64,000 nt of DNA, taken from Selaginella moellendorffii. Taxonomy: Eukaryota; Plantae; Lycopodiophyta. Position 1 is the stretch's first letter. Every line of letters begins with the position of its first letter. This document shows positions 61,480-64,000 of the stretch, piece by piece. A model generated the notes under the pieces. That model saw only the letters and a program-made list of their open reading frames with translations. It searched no databases and was not told the origin of the DNA. The DNA lies in NCBI RefSeq assembly GCF_000143415.4, contig NW_003314262.1, positions 1,105,960 to 1,169,959 of the forward strand. Direction: 5' to 3'. Position numbers and translations under genes: made by a program.

Positions 61480-62700
61480 CTAACTTTACGAAAGGAAAAG
61501 TGATCGATATTAAAAATATTGGTTCTTTGTTTGACTTGAGTTAAGGATATATCGATCATTGATAATTCTTTTTATGCTTATTATGAAGTGAGTTATATCT
61601 TGCTATAGATGGATTCATGGAGGATCGGTTTGGTGGTCACTTGTTAAGCATAATTTTATTATGCTTAGCTTTTAGATTGATGTAAATATGCTCTTCATTA
61701 GTTTTGCATTATGAAGTTTATTTTATGGATATATTGAAGAGGATATTGATTTCTTCTTAGCATTAAACTTACTTCACATGAGACTTATAATCATTATTAG
61801 GCAAGATATGGGTATAAGCTTTTTCAAGCTTTTGGTCCTTTGAGTTTTCATATTCATTGTTCTATTTGTAAAGAGTTGTTAGGGGAAAGCATTTTGTTTC
61901 ATTAATTTCAATGTTGAAGTTGAATTTTGCATCTAGCAATCATTTGTGATGATTAACTATCATCTAAGATAGTTGATTATCCTTATCAAAGGTTTTACTT
62001 AATTATTGTTGATATAAAATGATTTACCATTCTTCGGGATAGTAGATTACTTCTTTGATGATAATTATGCATTTCTTTATTGATAGGATGATTGATGATC
62101 TTTTATGATAATTAGTTGTGTTATTTAATAGTTTATGGCTTTTTGCATTACTATATATTCTTAATAGTTTGCTCTGGATTTGTCTCTTGGGTTTGAGACA
62201 TCAATAAGATGTGGCTGATGCTTACTTGAGCAACTCTGGTTCCTTGGTATTGTTGACTGTGATTTATTTAAATTGGTTACTGTGATAATTAACATAAACG
62301 AGTGTTTGTTAATTTTACTGCATTCAATTTGTTCTGTTAATTGTTGATACAATTGGTTATGATAGATTCAATATTATTTTCCTTTTCTTCGAATGATACA
62401 CTTGCAAGAATTTTTCTTGCAAGTCGATGATATTTTATATTCTTGTAGTTTTCTTTCGTAAGTTGTTTGGCATGCTATCTACAATCTTTGGTAGTTAAGT
62501 TTTATCATTGAGTATTCTTGATGGCACACTTGCTATTGAATTTTGTTAGATGGTGAAAATGATAACTTATATGAAATACTTTTGTGTTCTAATCTAAGAT
62601 TTATTCACTAATAATTAAGTCTATAAGATATCATCATCTTTGACTTCGATATTGTCCAATTATTGATCTTTGAGTTTGGGCCAATATAGGCAAATTAGCT
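61480..62700 (+). mobile_element. Probable decayed retrotransposon pol debris
   Basis: AT-rich with no ORFs. FDLS*GY near 61530 resembles Gypsy LDLxSGY. Confidence 0.3.
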
Positions 62701-63056
62701 TCGGCACTTCATGTGCATAATAAAATTTTTAGTCATGGGGTAACTACTGTCAACTGGTCACATCATCCACTTCTCTCGATGTTCCTTATTTCATAAGGCA
62801 TGACCATGTAAACAACTCACTATCTGTATACAGTAGTTTATCTAAACCTTACCGACGAGTTTGGTTTCTTTGCTTAGGAGGGTTGGGGCCTTTGGCTTTT
62901 CTCTCTATGTTCCTATAGGAAGGGGCGTATCACACTTTTGTAAGTTGGGTGACAGCCAGAGCAACAAGGGTGGCTAACTCCATTGGTCATTTCCTTGTTG
63001 GCGACGGCCGAATAGGTCTGAGTTGGTAATGCATTTGCGTTAGAAAAAGAGGTTAT

Positions 63057-64000
63057 TGTGAGACACAAAATCCCTAGGCCCCAAAGTGGAGCCGGAAGGG
63101 TGCCACATGGTAGTGGCCGAAGCGAAAGCCAAACGAGCGTAACATGTTTGGACTAAAAGCTCCGACTTGAAAGGTCGAGAGCGGGAGTGGAACTCCCAAC
63201 AAAGGGCTTGAGGAACAAGAATGAAGTGAGCAATAAGCGAGGCTCCAAAAGGGGGCCCAAAAGGACCAACACATGACACGTGGAAGTGTCCGAGATGGAG
63301 TCCGAGATGGACCCAAGTTGGAGTCCGAGATGGAGTCCGAGGTGGACCCGAGATGGAGTCCGAGGTGGAGCCCGAGATGGAGTCCGAGGTGGAGTCCAAG
63401 ATGGACACGAGTTGGAGTCTGAGGTGGAGTCCAAGATGGACCCGAGGTGGAGTCCGAGATGGAGTCCGAGGTAGACCCGAGATGGAGTCTGAGATGGAGT
63501 CCGAGAAGGACTTGAGATGGAGTCCAAGATGGACCCGAGATGGAGTCCGAGATGGACCCGAGATGGAGTCTGAGATGGACCCAAGATGGAGTCCGAGATG
63601 GAGTCTGAGATGGACCCGAGATGGAGTCCGAGATGGAGTTCGAGATGGACCGAGATGGAGTCTGAGATTGAGTCCGAGATGGACCCGAGATGGAATCCAA
63701 GATGGAGTCCGAGAAGGACCCGAGATGGAGTCCGAGGTCAAGATCGAGACCGGGACTGAGACTGAGACCGGGATTGAGACTGAGACCGAGACCGAGACTG
63801 AGACCGGGACCGAGACCGAGACCGAGACCGAGCCCGAGCCCGAGCCCGAGTCCGAGTCCGAGTCCGAGTCCGAGTTCGAGTCTGAGAGGGTGAAAGCCCA
63901 AAGCATTCATCTCCCAGACCCTGGGGGGTTTGGTGAGCTCCAAAAGTATAGTAAGGGGGAGGACTGTAGTGGAGCCAGTTTGGCCAGGAAAGGCCAGTTT
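63057..64000 (+). mobile_element. LTR of the same family as 14.7-19 kb, running off the window end
   Basis: Starts TGTGAGACACA; reverse-complement homology to 16180-16678. Confidence 0.8.
63290..63885 (+). repeat. LTR-internal satellite: mixed GAGATGGAGTCC (12 bp) and GAGATGGACCC (11 bp) units, then 6-bp GAGACC/GAGCCC/GAGTCC units
   Basis: Read directly. Confidence 0.9.

Noticed and set aside
63040-63943. Long ORFs of 288-289 aa (also 16073-16575 and 17825-18298)
   Set aside because: They are translations of LTR-internal satellite repeats.

Overview
Land-plant nuclear DNA. The 45-60 nt introns and tightly packed genes suggest a compact lycophyte such as Selaginella, which is inference. The window has three zones. 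(1) 1-21 kb is repeat-rich. A 13.4-kb TIR DNA transposon (1260-14686, perfect 22-bp TIRs) sits inside a non-autonomous LTR family. It carries a decayed Sola1/DUF7869-type transposase on the minus strand. On the plus strand it carries a long multi-exon cargo gene with a ParB/Srx-like motif, a degenerate DNA-methyltransferase-like segment and an FCP1/NIF-like HAD domain. About two dozen copies of a 22-bp palindrome (ATGGCRTGWGGCCWCAYGCCAT) are confined to the element, many just upstream of 3' splice sites. This is the most unusual system in the window. (2) 21.7-56.1 kb is a dense block of host genes: BT1-like carrier, POK-like kinesin-12, SCP1-like phosphatase, a small coiled-coil protein, MYC-type bHLH, CYP71, MinD, the plastid EF-Ts polyprotein, a divergent Nup98-like gene and cytosolic LeuRS. 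(3) 56-64 kb is decayed: an F-box relic, LINE and Gypsy debris, a 5S-rRNA-derived fragment and another LTR with an expanded internal satellite. Exon boundaries and domain calls were made by eye, with no database searches.
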